Origin: Candidatus Methylomirabilota bacterium
GTDB taxonomy: Bacteria; Methylomirabilota; Methylomirabilia; Methylomirabilales; CSP1-5
Assembly (NCBI GenBank): GCA_023249165.1
Contig: JAHFDE010000001.1
Coordinates: 5,243-37,918 of the forward strand
Length of the DNA: 32,676 nucleotides
Direction of reading: 5' to 3'
Every line of letters starts with the position of its first letter. Position 1 is the stretch's first letter. The position numbers were made by a program, and so were the translations under genes. The notes under the pieces are model-generated. The model had not been told where the DNA came from and did no database searches. It saw only the letters and a program-made list of their open reading frames with translations. Shown piece after piece: positions 14,387 through 27,469 of the stretch.

Positions 14387-14486
14387 GGTTCATGGTTCAG
14401 AGTTGAGGGTTCGGGGTCTAAACCGCATACGGCCTAAGTATACGACGTCCCTGCCCAAATTACCATGAACTATGAATCGCGAACGG
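14387..14486. repeat. Tandem-oligomer inverted repeat, 7-nt unit GGTTCAN (4 + 3 copies, more degenerate)
   Basis: The left arm 14387-14416 reads GGTTCAT GGTTCAG AGTTGAG GGTTCGG GG. The right arm 14463-14486 reads CCATGAAC TATGAAT CGCGAAC GG. Confidence 0.7.
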
Positions 14487-14513
14487 CGATCCCGTTGTGC
14501 GGGATCGTGGCAG

Positions 14514-15803
14514 TCACGCTGGAGGCTCGATTTTCGTGAGGCCGCCCATGTACGGCCGGAGAACTTCGGGGATGGTGACGGTACCGTCGGCCTCCTGGTA
14601 GTTCTCGAGGATGGCGGCCCAGGTCCGACCGATGGCGATGCCGGAGCCATTCAGGGTGTGCACGAATTCTGCCTTCGCCCCCGGGTGAGCGCGGTAGCGA
14701 ATGGCGGCCCGCCGTGCCTGAAAGTCCTCGAAGTTACTGCAGGAAGAGACCTCCCGGTAGACCTGCTGGCTCGCAAACCACACCTCGAGATCGTAGGTCT
14801 TGGCGGCGGCAAAGCCCAGGTCGCCCGTGCAAAGCACCACCACTCGGTAGGGGAGATGAAGCCGCTTCAAGACCTCTTCGGCTTCAGTAGTGAGCTGCTC
14901 TAGCGCCTGATAGGACGTCGCCGACTCGGTGAACTTCACCAGCTCGACTTTGTTGAACTGGTGCTGGCGGATGATCCCCCGCGTATCCTTCCCGTACGAG
15001 CCCGCCTCCCGCCGGAAGCAGGGCGTGTACGCCACGTAACTCAGCGGTAATGTCCCGGGCTCCAGTATCTCCTCCCGGTGGATATTGGTGACCGGGACCT
15101 CCGCCGTGGGAATGAGAAAATACGGATCGTCTGCCGTCTTGAAGAGCTCGTGGGCGAACTTGGGGAGCTGCCCGGTGCCCGTCATACTGTCTTCGCTGAC
15201 CAAGAGAGGTGGGAACACCTCGGTGTAGCCGTGCTCCCGCACGTGCAGGTCGAGCATGAAATTGATCAGGGCCCGCTCGAGGAGCGCCCCTTTCCCTTTC
15301 AGAAGCGGAAAGCGGGCGCCGGCCAGTCGCGCGGCCCGGGCGAGATCCAGGATCCCCAGGTCCTCCCCGATCTCCCAGTGGGGTCGTGGCTCACCATCGA
15401 AGGACCGCGGTGCGCCCCAGCGGCGGACCTCGACATTCTCTTCCGGGCTGCGTCCAACGGGGACGGAAGGGTGAGGGAGGTTCGGGATCAGGAGCAGAAG
15501 GCTACCCAGTTCCTGTTCGACGGCCTGAAGTCGGTCTTCGCTCTCCTTCAGCGCACTGGAAATTTCCCGGCTTCTCGTCACCAGGGCTGTCGCCACATCC
15601 GCGGGCTTCTCGCCCACCCTGGTCTCCTGCACCTGTCGAGAGAGCGCCTTCTTTTCTCGCCGCCATTGCTCAACGTCAACCACCAGCCGCCGCCGTTCGG
15701 CGTCGAGTTTCAGCAGCTTCTCTAAGTCAAATTCTGCTCCCCGCTGCCCAAGCTTCTCCCGGATGAGACCGGCATTTTCCCGAATGAACTTGAGGTCCAG
15801 CAT
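14514..15803 (-). CDS. serS: Seryl-tRNA synthetase
   Basis: The ORF has the N-terminal coiled-coil arm [18 protein letters not shown] and class II motifs ([16 protein letters not shown]). The ATG at 15803 lies 10 nt after the gyrA stop. The upstream 23 codons of the tracked ORF overlap the gyrA tail region. Confidence 0.95.
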   Translation of the reverse strand: MLDLKFIRENAGLIREKLGQRGAEFDLEKLLKLDAERRRLVVDVEQWRREKKALSRQVQETRVGEKPADVATALVTRSREISSALKESEDRLQAVEQELGSLLLLIPNLPHPSVPVGRSPEENVEVRRWGAPRSFDGEPRPHWEIGEDLGILDLARAARLAGARFPLLKGKGALLERALINFMLDLHVREHGYTEVFPPLLVSEDSMTGTGQLPKFAHELFKTADDPYFLIPTAEVPVTNIHREEILEPGTLPLSYVAYTPCFRREAGSYGKDTRGIIRQHQFNKVELVKFTESATSYQALEQLTTEAEEVLKRLHLPYRVVVLCTGDLGFAAAKTYDLEVWFASQQVYREVSSCSNFEDFQARRAAIRYRAHPGAKAEFVHTLNGSGIAIGRTWAAILENYQEADGTVTIPEVLRPYMGGLTKIEPPA

Positions 15804-15813
15804 CGCCCGGCCC

Positions 15814-18357
15814 TTACTCCTCTTCGGGCTCGTCCCCTTCGACAAGCTCAGGGGGGCCTTCGGCCGGCTCAAGGGTGCCCTCGACAGGTTCAGGCCCGGC
15901 CTCCGCGACCTCGTCCTCCTCCATCACGACAGCGGTCACCGCGGCCACGCGGTCCCCCTCCTCCAGGCCCTGGAGCCGCACCCCCTGTGCATCCCGGCCC
16001 GTATCGCGGATCTCCCGGACCCGAAGGCGGGTCACCTTCCCCTCCTGGGAGATCATCATCACCCCGTCCTCCTCCCGGACCTGTTTGATCCCCACGACCG
16101 GGCCGTTCTTGTCGGTCACCCGAATATTGATGATCCCCTTGCCACCGCGCCCCTGGACCCGGTACTCGGAGACATCGGTCCGCTTCCCGAACCCTCGCTC
16201 GCAGACCGTCAGCATCTGGGCGCCCTCAGAGACGATCTCCATCCCGACCACCTGATCTTGCGACTCCAGGCGAATCCCCGTGACCCCTCGCGCTGACCGT
16301 CCCGTGGGCCGGACATCGTCTTCCTTGAACCGGATCGCCATCCCATTTCGGGTCCCCAGGAAGACGTCCTCGGTGCCGCGTGTCATGGCGACCCCGATCA
16401 ACTCATCCCCCTCATCGAGCGAGAGTGCAATGATCCCCCCCGCCCGCGGATTGGCATAGGCGCTGAGCTCCGTCTTCTTCACCACCCCCCGCCTGGTCGC
16501 CATCACCAGATACCGGTCGACCTCAAATTGGCGGATGGGGATCATCGTGGTCACGTGCTCCCCGGACTGCAGCTCGAGGAAGTTGGCATTGGACTTCCCC
16601 CGCGCCGCCCGGCCGAGCTGGGGAATCTCATGAACCTTCAGCCAGTGCACCCGCCCCAGATTAGTAAACAAGAGGATGTAGCTATGGGTCGTAGCCACAA
16701 AGAGGTGCTCGACGTAGTCCTCCTCCTTGGGGGCCATGCCCGTCGTCCCCTTGCCGCCCCGCCGCTGTGCGCGGTAGACGCTGAGCGGACTGCGCTTGAT
16801 ATATCCGCCGTGAGTGACGGTGATCACCATCTCTTCGTCAGCCACCATGTCTTCAAGGCTGATCTCGGTCGTCTCCTCTTCGATCTGGGTCCGGCGCGGA
16901 TCACCGTAGGCCTCCTTGAGCCCCAGCAGCTCCTCCTTGATGATCTGGCGCACCAGCCCCTCACTCTGCAAGATGGCCTGCAGCCGCGCGATGGTCTGCA
17001 GTGTCTCCTGATATTCGTCCTGAATCTTCTGCCGCTCGAGCGCCGTCAGTCGCTGGAGTCGGAGGTCCAGGATGGCCTGGGCCTGGATCGGCGTCATGGT
17101 GAAACGCTGCACCAAACCCGTCCTGGCGTCCTCCACCGCTCGCGAGCGGCGGATGAGGGCGATGACCTCGTCAAGATGGTCCAGGGCGATCCGGTAGCCC
17201 TCCAGGATATGAGCCCGCTCCTCTGCCTTTCGCAGGTCGAAGCGGGTCCGGCGCACCACCACCATGCGCCGATGATCGATGAAGTATTGCAGCTGCTGCT
17301 TCAGCGTGCAGACCTTCGGCTGGTTTTCGACCAGACCCAGCATGATGACGCCGAAGGTGGACTGCATGGGGGTGTGTTTGTAGAGCTGATTCAGGATCGG
17401 CCGGGGCGTCTCGTCCCTCTTCAGCTCCAGGACGATCCGCATCCCTTCCCGATCCGACTCGTCGCGGAGATCGGCGATGCCCTGCACCCTCCCGTCCCGG
17501 ATCAGCTCGGCGATCCGCTCGATGAGCTTCGCCTTGTTGACCTGGTAGGGGAGCTCTGCAATGATGATGCTCTCGCGACCTCCTCGCCCCTTCTCCACGA
17601 AGGCCTTGGCCCGCAACTGGATCAGGCCCCGTCCGGTCCGGTAAGCCTCCTCAATCCCACCACGCCCGTGGATGAAGGCGGCCGTGGGGAAGTCGGGACC
17701 GGGGAGGACCGCCATCAGCTCTTTGAGGGAGACGTCCGGGTTCTCCAGCTGCAGGATCACCGCATTCACCACCTCTCCCAGGTTATGGGGCGGGATGTTG
17801 GTGGCCATGCCGACGGCGATCCCCGACGAGCCGTTCACGAGAAGGTTGGGGAGGGCGGCCGGCAAGAGCGCCGGCTCCTGAAGGGTGTCATCGAAATTGG
17901 GGACGAAGTCGACCGTCTCCTTGTCGATGTCTCGAAGCAGCTCCTGGGCGATCCGGGCTAACCTGACCTCGGTGTAGCGCATCGCGGCGGGCGCATCGCC
18001 ATCGACAGACCCGAAGTTCCCCTGCCCGTCGATCAGGGGGTAGCGCATCGAGAAATCCTGGACGAGACGGACAATGGTGTCGTAGACGGCCGCATCGCCG
18101 TGCGGATGATACTTCCCCAGGACCTCTCCCACCACCCGGGCCGCCTTCTTGTAGGGGCGATTGAAGGCGAGTCCCAGCTCTTGCATGGCATAGAGCACCC
18201 GGCGGTGCACCGGTTTCAGCCCGTCCCGGACATCGGGCAGGGCCCGCCCGATGATGACGCTCATGGCGTAGTCCAGGTACGACCGCCGCATCTCCTCGTG
18301 GATGTCGGTGGGTCTTACCTCGCCGATCCGCGGCTCTTCGGTCCGATCCTCTGGCAC
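15814..18357 (-). CDS. gyrA: DNA gyrase subunit A
   Basis: This 847-aa ORF carries [31 protein letters not shown], the active-site region AAMRYTE, C-terminal beta-pinwheel repeats and an acidic tail. It starts with GTG. Confidence 0.97.
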   Translation of the reverse strand: MPEDRTEEPRIGEVRPTDIHEEMRRSYLDYAMSVIIGRALPDVRDGLKPVHRRVLYAMQELGLAFNRPYKKAARVVGEVLGKYHPHGDAAVYDTIVRLVQDFSMRYPLIDGQGNFGSVDGDAPAAMRYTEVRLARIAQELLRDIDKETVDFVPNFDDTLQEPALLPAALPNLLVNGSSGIAVGMATNIPPHNLGEVVNAVILQLENPDVSLKELMAVLPGPDFPTAAFIHGRGGIEEAYRTGRGLIQLRAKAFVEKGRGGRESIIIAELPYQVNKAKLIERIAELIRDGRVQGIADLRDESDREGMRIVLELKRDETPRPILNQLYKHTPMQSTFGVIMLGLVENQPKVCTLKQQLQYFIDHRRMVVVRRTRFDLRKAEERAHILEGYRIALDHLDEVIALIRRSRAVEDARTGLVQRFTMTPIQAQAILDLRLQRLTALERQKIQDEYQETLQTIARLQAILQSEGLVRQIIKEELLGLKEAYGDPRRTQIEEETTEISLEDMVADEEMVITVTHGGYIKRSPLSVYRAQRRGGKGTTGMAPKEEDYVEHLFVATTHSYILLFTNLGRVHWLKVHEIPQLGRAARGKSNANFLELQSGEHVTTMIPIRQFEVDRYLVMATRRGVVKKTELSAYANPRAGGIIALSLDEGDELIGVAMTRGTEDVFLGTRNGMAIRFKEDDVRPTGRSARGVTGIRLESQDQVVGMEIVSEGAQMLTVCERGFGKRTDVSEYRVQGRGGKGIINIRVTDKNGPVVGIKQVREEDGVMMISQEGKVTRLRVREIRDTGRDAQGVRLQGLEEGDRVAAVTAVVMEEDEVAEAGPEPVEGTLEPAEGPPELVEGDEPEEE

Positions 18358-18446
18358 GCCTTCGCCTTCCTAGTACCGACCTAACCCTTCGAACTTCCCA
18401 GGGCTGGTACTGAGTGGGCAAAATGCAAACGCATTTCACCATGTGA

Positions 18447-18523
18447 CAATTGAACAATAGAACAGTAGACCGCAATGGAGCCTTTTTTCAGGATCAGTCT
18501 ATTGTTCCAATGCTCCATTGCTC
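18447..18523. repeat. Tandem-oligomer inverted repeat, 8-nt unit GA(A/G)CAAT(N), in the A/T-rich gyrB-gyrA spacer
   Basis: The left arm reads TGAACAAT AGAACAGT AGACCGCA ATGGAGC. The reverse complement of the right arm reads GAGCAATG GAGCATTG GAACAATA GACTG. Two blocks are complementary: gaacaataga/tctattgttc and gcaatggagc/gctccattgc. Confidence 0.6.
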
Positions 18524-18524
18524 T

Positions 18525-18551
18525 AAAGTAAACGCGCTTCGTGCGTTTACT

Positions 18552-18553
<2 letters not shown>
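18525..18553 (-). other. Perfect 11-12-bp hairpin (AAAGTAAACGC / GCGTTTACTTT) overlapping the gyrB stop codon
   Basis: The sequence is taaagtaaacgcgcttcgtgcgtttacttta. The gyrB TAA lies at 18552-18554. No U-run follows on the minus strand. Confidence 0.6.
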
Positions 18554-22197
<3,644 letters not shown>

Positions 22198-22247
22198 CAC
22201 CTTCCTCCCCGCTTCACTCCCATTATGAGTTCATGGTTCTCTTAATC

Positions 22248-22253
22248 ATTATA
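22248..22253 (-). promoter_or_regulatory. Perfect TATAAT -10 hexamer (minus strand) upstream of dnaN; -35 weak
   Basis: The minus strand reads ctcttgTATAATgattaag, about 50 nt upstream of the dnaN start. Confidence 0.4.
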
Positions 22254-22829
22254 CAAGAGCGATCTCTCTATAACCTATAGAGATAATATCTTAAGTCGTA
22301 GAGGATAGGAGGCCTTGTGGAAATACGGAAAGCATCGAAAGTGAATAGGTCTGCCTTGGGACAGAGAATGGAATGCCATGGGGATTAAACGGGAAAACAC
22401 GTCGAATTCCTCCCCTCTCCCCACCTCCCCACATCTTTTCCATTGAGGTTCCCTGACTTATCAACTCCTCGCGGCGGGCGCCCGATCTTCCTCACTTCAC
22501 GAGGGCAACATCTCGTGAAGCCGCTCCACTTCTGGCCTGATTCGTTTCCACACGGGCCAAGCCGCAGCAGGCGTGCGTTTATTCTCTCGACCCCCCTTCA
22601 GAGCTCTTAGGACAAGGCTTTGAGTTACTCACAAGATTGTCCACATGTGTGGAAAACCCATAAAGTCCTTTAAATTCAAATAGTTGGGTTCCATATCAAG
22701 AACGGATGTACGATCGGACCCCGGGATTTTTGGCAAGGCCGGGGGTGCAACTTCGCACAGTTCTTATAGCACGCGGGCCCCACAATTACAACTACTTTTT
22801 GCCCTCCACCGGGCCGGTGTGGATTGAAA

Positions 22830-22858
22830 TTGACAAGTGAATCGCAGAGGACTACGAT
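22830..22858 (+). promoter_or_regulatory. Sigma70-type promoter TTGACA-17-TACGAT for the rpmH-rnpA-yidD-yidC operon
   Basis: The sequence attgaaaTTGACAagtgaatcgcagaggacTACGATtagg lies about 45 nt upstream of the rpmH GTG. Confidence 0.55.
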
Positions 22859-22902
22859 TAGGCGCTTTAGCGGAGTGGCGTTACTCGGAGAGGGCGTGAG
22901 GA

Positions 22903-23040
22903 GTGAAGCGCACCTATCAACCGAGCCGCATTAAGCGAAAACGCACCCACGGATTTCGCCAGCGGATGAGGAGCAAGGGGGGCCAGCGAGTCTTGGCCCG
23001 CCGGCGGGCCAAGGGGAGAAAGCGGCTGGCAGTGACGTAG
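22903..23040 (+). CDS. rpmH: 50S ribosomal protein L34
   Basis: Hand translation from GTG 22903 gives (M)[44 protein letters not shown]. At 45 aa it is below the ORF-track size cutoff. GGAGAGGG lies upstream. Confidence 0.95.
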   Translation: MKRTYQPSRIKRKRTHGFRQRMRSKGGQRVLARRRAKGRKRLAVT

Positions 23041-23439
23041 GTGGGGCATCGGTTTTCGAGGGCGGACCGTATTCGCGCCACGAAGGAGTTTCGGGAAGTC
23101 ATCCGCGGCGGCGAAAAGGTCTCTGGCCGAGGCGTCAGCGTCTTTGTGTACCGTCGTGACCGCCCTGGACAGAGGTTGGGGCTCGCCGTCGCTTCGCGCC
23201 TCAGTGGCGCGGTCGCTCGGAATCGCATCAAACGGCGGCTGCGGGAGTACGTTCGCCTGAACCGGGCCAAGATGGCGGACGGACTCGACCTGGTCGTGGT
23301 GGTGCATCGAGATCTCTCTGGCGGCGACGCCGAGACCTTCCGGGAGATTGTTGCGGACCTGTTCAGACGGGCCGGGCTCCTTCGTGACCTCCCTCCTCAC
23401 TATGCGGAAGAATCGGCACGCCCATCCAGGTCTCGCTAG
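23041..23439 (+). CDS. rnpA: Ribonuclease P protein component
   Basis: This 132-aa ORF has the RNR-motif region [13 protein letters not shown] and follows rpmH directly (TAG then GTG). Confidence 0.9.
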   Translation: MGHRFSRADRIRATKEFREVIRGGEKVSGRGVSVFVYRRDRPGQRLGLAVASRLSGAVARNRIKRRLREYVRLNRAKMADGLDLVVVVHRDLSGGDAETFREIVADLFRRAGLLRDLPPHYAEESARPSRSR

Positions 23440-23641
23440 CCTTGGCCTAAAGGCGATCGCGCTGTATCGGCGGTTTCTCTCCCCACTCTTCCCCCCCGCC
23501 TGCCGGTTTGTCCCCACGTGCTCGGCCTACGCCGAGGAAGCAATTCGCAGGTACGGGCTGGTTCAAGGAATCATCCTATCCGTTCGGCGGTTGCTCAGAT
23601 GTCATCCCCTTCACCCCGGGGGAATTGATCCGGTGCGCTGA
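23402..23641 (+). CDS. yidD: Membrane protein insertion efficiency factor YidD
   Basis: The conserved YidD core is [33 protein letters not shown]. The ATG at 23402 overlaps the rnpA 3' end. Confidence 0.9.
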   Translation: MRKNRHAHPGLASLGLKAIALYRRFLSPLFPPACRFVPTCSAYAEEAIRRYGLVQGIILSVRRLLRCHPLHPGGIDPVR

Positions 23642-23668
23642 GGGAAGGCGGGTACGCGGGAGGCAGCC

Positions 23669-25354
23669 GTGACTCAATTGCCAGACCCCGATCGAGGAGA
23701 CATGGAGCGGAGGGCCATTGCGGCCGCCGCCCTGGCCGTCATCGTTCTCCTGGCGTACCAGGCCTTTTTCACGCCGGCCCCTCCGCCGACCGAGCCAAAG
23801 AAGGAGGCGGCCGAGGAGAAACCTGCGGCACAGGTGGTAGCACCTCAGCCCCAAGCCAGGAGCCCACGGCTCGTCGGGGCGCCCAGGCGAGGCGAACGGG
23901 AAGAGGCGATCACGCTTGAAACCGACCTGGTCAAGGTGGTCCTGACCAATCGGGGAGGCGGGATTCGGAGCTGGCAGCTCAAACAGTACCAGGAGGACAG
24001 CGGGTTCGTCGATCTCGTGGGGCTGCTCCCCGACCGCAGCACGCCCACTCCTCTTGCCGTCTGGGTCGAAGGGGGAGAGGGAAGGCAGGGGCTCTATCGG
24101 GTCGTGGAACGACCCGCGCTCGACCCCACCACACCCCAGCGGGTCGTGATGGAGTTTCAGGAAGCTTCAGGGATCGTGCTGGAGAAGACGCTGCTGCTCT
24201 ATCCGGGGCGGTACCTGGCCGATGTCGAGATACGGGTCCAGAATGTGGGGAGCGTGCCCCACCAGGGCACTCTTCGCCTCGAGTGGGGACCCAGCCTACG
24301 CCTTGGAGCCCCGGATCAGCAAGTCGGCTCGGTCTCTATCGTCGCCCGAATTGACGGGAAGATCATCACTCCACCCCTGGAAAAGAGTGACCAGGAGACC
24401 GCCAAATCCGGGGCCGTCTCGTGGACGGCCATTCAGGACCGCTATTTCACCGCAGCCTTCATCCCCGCAGAGCCGGCTCCGTCAAGTGTCGCCGGAAAGG
24501 ACGCCGAAGGGAGGCCGGTTGTAGGTCTTCTGTACCCGACGATGAAGATCCCCCCCGGTGGAGAGACAAGGGTGACACTCGAGCTCTTTGCCGGGCCGAA
24601 GGAGATCGCGAGGCTCCGGGAGGCGGGGCACGATCTGCAGAAGCTCGTGGATCTGGGCTGGTTCGATTTTCTGGCCCGACCGGCCCTCTATTTCCTCCGG
24701 TTTCTCCACAGCTTCACCGGCAACTACGGCGTCGCCATCATCATTATCACCATCCTGCAAAAGGTCGGCTTCTACCCCCTCGCGCAGAAGAGCCACAAGT
24801 CGATGCATGCGATGCAGGCGTTACAGCCGAAGATCCAGGCGATCAAGGAGCGGTACAAGAACAATCCGCAAAAGGTGAATCAGGAGACGATGGAGCTATA
24901 CAAGCGCCACGGCGTCAATCCCCTGGGCGGCTGCCTCCCCATGGTGATCCAAATCCCGATCTTCATCGCCCTCTACAACGCGCTGGCCAGCTCGGTCGAG
25001 TTGTGGCGTGCCCCGTTTGCACTCTGGATTGACAACCTCTCGGTCGCGGATACCCTCTTTGTCGTGCCCTTCCCCATCCCATACATTGGGGAGGCGTTCG
25101 CGGTTCGCGGCCTCCCCGTGATCATGGGAATCAGCATGTTCATCCAGCAGAAGATGAGCCCTACGGGCGGGGACCCCCGCCAGGCCCAGATGATGCTCTA
25201 TCTCATGCCGGTCATGTTCACCTTCATCTTTTGGGGGATGCCGTCGGGACTCGTCCTGTACTGGCTGGTGAACAATGTCCTCCAGATCGGACACCAATAC
25301 CAGATGAACCGAGGACGCGGTCTCTCGGTGGGTGCGGGACAGGAGGCGCGGTGA
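23669..25354 (+). CDS. yidC: Membrane protein insertase YidC (long form with large periplasmic domain)
   Basis: This 561-aa ORF has an N-terminal TM, a periplasmic P1-like domain and the conserved C-terminal core (GVAIIIITILQK...PLGGCLPMVIQIPIFIALY). The GTG at 23669 follows GGGAGG. An alternative ATG lies at 23702. Confidence 0.95.
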   Translation: MTQLPDPDRGDMERRAIAAAALAVIVLLAYQAFFTPAPPPTEPKKEAAEEKPAAQVVAPQPQARSPRLVGAPRRGEREEAITLETDLVKVVLTNRGGGIRSWQLKQYQEDSGFVDLVGLLPDRSTPTPLAVWVEGGEGRQGLYRVVERPALDPTTPQRVVMEFQEASGIVLEKTLLLYPGRYLADVEIRVQNVGSVPHQGTLRLEWGPSLRLGAPDQQVGSVSIVARIDGKIITPPLEKSDQETAKSGAVSWTAIQDRYFTAAFIPAEPAPSSVAGKDAEGRPVVGLLYPTMKIPPGGETRVTLELFAGPKEIARLREAGHDLQKLVDLGWFDFLARPALYFLRFLHSFTGNYGVAIIIITILQKVGFYPLAQKSHKSMHAMQALQPKIQAIKERYKNNPQKVNQETMELYKRHGVNPLGGCLPMVIQIPIFIALYNALASSVELWRAPFALWIDNLSVADTLFVVPFPIPYIGEAFAVRGLPVIMGISMFIQQKMSPTGGDPRQAQMMLYLMPVMFTFIFWGMPSGLVLYWLVNNVLQIGHQYQMNRGRGLSVGAGQEAR

Positions 25355-26748
25355 GCGCACTCGAACCGGGCGATCCCTTCCAGGACACCATTGCCGCGAT
25401 TGCCACCCCTCCGGGGGAGGGGAGTATCGGGGTTGTCCGCCTGAGTGGACCCCACGCCCTGGAGGTGGCTTCCCACGTTTTCGTGTCCTCGTTCGGTAGA
25501 GACCCCCGCCGATTTGCAAGCCATACGATCCACCATGGCCATGTGGTCGACTCGGGCACCGGGGCGGTGATTGACGAGGTTGTCCTTGTGTTCATGAAGG
25601 GACCGAGATCTTACACCGGAGAGGATGTGGTGGAACTGCAAGGCCATGGCGGAAGGGTCTCCCTCGAAGCGATCCTCAATCTCACCCTCCGCCACGGGGC
25701 ACGGCCTGCCCTGGCTGGAGAGTTTACCCGGCGCGCCTTCTTGAACGGCCGACTCGACCTGGCTCAGGCCGAGGCGGTCCTAGAGGTCGTTCGGGCGAGG
25801 ACCGAGGCCGGCCTTGCCGCGGCCGTGCGACAACTTCGAGGGGGGCTCTCGGGGCGCGTCGAGGGGCTTCGGGCAGAGCTCCTCTCGGTGGTGGCGAGCC
25901 TTGAGGCCTCGGTCGATTTTCCCGAGGAGGGGTTCGATTTTCCGGCGGTCGGTGAGCTCGAAAAGCAGATCTATCGCATCGAGGAGGGCGTAGGGGTCCT
26001 TATTCAGCAAGCGAGGGATGGACGGCTTCTCCGGGAGGGGGCGACCGTCGTGATCGCCGGCCGGCCCAATGTGGGCAAATCGAGCCTCTTGAATGCCCTG
26101 CTCGGGAGGGAGCGGGCGATTGTCTCAGTGGTTCCGGGGACGACTCGGGACACCGTGGAAGAGGAGCTCGAGATCCGTGGGTTCCCTATCCGCCTGATCG
26201 ATACCGCGGGGCTGCGAGAGGAGCCCCAGGACCCGATCGAGATGGAGGGCCTACGCCGGACCCGGGAGGCCGTAGGGCGGGCCGATGTCACCATCGTCGT
26301 CGTGGATGGCAGCGAGCCGATTGCGCCCCTCGATCTCAACGCCTGGTCAGAGTCGCCGGAACCGCGAATCCTTGTGGCTAACAAGAGCGATCTTGAGCCC
26401 GCCGCCCAGTCGGCCGCCTACCAGGACCGGTTCGGGGTGGAGCCCCTCTTCACTTCGGCGCGCACCCGACAAGGGGTGGAGGGCCTCCGGAGTGAGATAG
26501 GCCGGCTCCTCGGCGGGGACGCGGCGGGCGAGGCGATCATGATGGTGGGCCCGAGACATCGGGAGGCTTTGGAGCGGGCCGAGAGGCAGCTTGAGCGGGC
26601 GCGCCGTGGCCTGGGGGAGGGCATCTCGGTTGAGCTTACCGTCCTGGATGTTCGTGGGGCACTCCACGCGCTGGGCGAGATCGTGGGGGAGACCGTGACA
26701 GAGGAGATTCTCGACCAAATCTTTCGGGACTTTTGTATCGGGAAGTAG
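25351..26748 (+). CDS. mnmE: tRNA modification GTPase MnmE (TrmE)
   Basis: The ORF has the N-terminal DTIAAIATPPGEGSIGVVRLSG, the G domain GRPNVGKSSLLNAL and DTAGLRE, and the C-terminal FCIGK. The GTG at 25351 overlaps the yidC stop (GTGA) and follows AGGAGG. Confidence 0.95.
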   Translation: MSALEPGDPFQDTIAAIATPPGEGSIGVVRLSGPHALEVASHVFVSSFGRDPRRFASHTIHHGHVVDSGTGAVIDEVVLVFMKGPRSYTGEDVVELQGHGGRVSLEAILNLTLRHGARPALAGEFTRRAFLNGRLDLAQAEAVLEVVRARTEAGLAAAVRQLRGGLSGRVEGLRAELLSVVASLEASVDFPEEGFDFPAVGELEKQIYRIEEGVGVLIQQARDGRLLREGATVVIAGRPNVGKSSLLNALLGRERAIVSVVPGTTRDTVEEELEIRGFPIRLIDTAGLREEPQDPIEMEGLRRTREAVGRADVTIVVVDGSEPIAPLDLNAWSESPEPRILVANKSDLEPAAQSAAYQDRFGVEPLFTSARTRQGVEGLRSEIGRLLGGDAAGEAIMMVGPRHREALERAERQLERARRGLGEGISVELTVLDVRGALHALGEIVGETVTEEILDQIFRDFCIGK

Positions 26749-26779
26749 GTATGGACGGGCTGAGCAGGGGACGTGCTCT

Positions 26780-27469
26780 ATGGACGAGGCGGTAAGAAAG
26801 CTCCTGACTCGCGGCGGAGCAAAGCTGGGCCTTACCCTCACTGAGGCGCAGATCGAGCACTTTATCACGTACCTGAGCGAGCTCAAGCGGTGGAACCGAA
26901 AGGCGAACCTGGTTGGGTTCCGGACCGACGAGGCGGTGGTTCGGCATGGGATCCTGGAATCTTTGACCCTCCTCAAGGCGTTCGAGGTCAAGCCTAACCT
27001 GCGACTGATTGACGTCGGCACCGGCGCAGGTCTCCCTGGCATTCCACTCAAGATTGCCGCCCCCGATCTCGAGGTCACCCTTGTCGAGGCGATGAGAAAG
27101 AAGGTCTCCTTCTTGAGACAGGTGTGTCGCCTCCTCCAGTTGCGCGGGATTTCAGTCATGCAGGCCAGGGCGGAGTCCCTGCATCGTGATCCGGCGCACC
27201 GGGAGGCCTACGATCTCGTCACCGCAAGGGCGGTGACGAGGCTTCCAGAGACCGTCGCCCTCTGCACGCCCTTTATGAACAGGGAGGGGCGTCTCGTCCT
27301 GCCTGTAGGGCTGAGATGGCTGAGGGAGGCCGAGACCATTCGGCGCCCCGACATCAAGATTGAACGGGTCCTCCACCTGAGCCCGGACCGGGACATCATT
27401 ATCATGGTCAGGGCCGGCACTGTTTCACGTGGAACAGGCCTCGAGGCTCGCCCGGAGCGTGTCACGTGA
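26780..27469 (+). CDS. rsmG: 16S rRNA (guanine527-N7)-methyltransferase RsmG (GidB)
   Basis: This 229-aa ORF has the SAM motif DVGTGAGLPGIPLKI, a typical GidB N-terminus and a conserved position before parAB. Confidence 0.9.
   Translation: MDEAVRKLLTRGGAKLGLTLTEAQIEHFITYLSELKRWNRKANLVGFRTDEAVVRHGILESLTLLKAFEVKPNLRLIDVGTGAGLPGIPLKIAAPDLEVTLVEAMRKKVSFLRQVCRLLQLRGISVMQARAESLHRDPAHREAYDLVTARAVTRLPETVALCTPFMNREGRLVLPVGLRWLREAETIRRPDIKIERVLHLSPDRDIIIMVRAGTVSRGTGLEARPERVT
27421..27436. promoter_or_regulatory. parS centromere-like site TGTTTCACGTGGAACA
   Basis: 15 of 16 positions match the canonical TGTTTCACGTGAAACA. The site lies within the rsmG 3' end. Confidence 0.8.

Larger units (their letters stand above)
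22201..22902. other. ORF-free 0.7-kb gap at the gene-orientation switch; candidate replication origin with DnaA-box-like 9-mers
   Basis: The ORF track has no ORF of 60 aa or more here. DnaA-box-like 9-mers are TTGTCCACA (22637-22645) facing TGTGGAAAA (22648-22656), GTTTCCACA (22544-22552), TGTGGAAAT (22316-22324) and TGTGGATTG (22818-22826). A/T-rich stretches lie at 22225-22300 and 22660-22700. A homopyrimidine tract lies at 22409-22430. Confidence 0.5.

Noticed and set aside
8025-14486. The short tandem repeats as a CRISPR array or as iterons.
   Set aside because: The units are only 7-8 nt, directly abutting with no unique spacers, and occur as inverted arm pairs. There are no cas genes. 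The unit length is far below typical iterons, and the elements are scattered next to RNA genes rather than clustered at the origin gap.
22201-22902. A degraded dnaA pseudogene in the dnaN-rpmH gap.
   Set aside because: The gap is only about 700 nt, against about 1.3-1.5 kb for dnaA. It has no ORF of 60 aa or more in any frame, and I could not recognise AAA+ or domain IV remnants by eye. A TBLASTN check would be needed to exclude short relics.
22867-23517. A 216-aa minus-strand ORF (and 22917-23270) opposite rpmH/rnpA.
   Set aside because: It is antisense to two conserved genes and has low-complexity Arg/Pro-rich content with no motifs.
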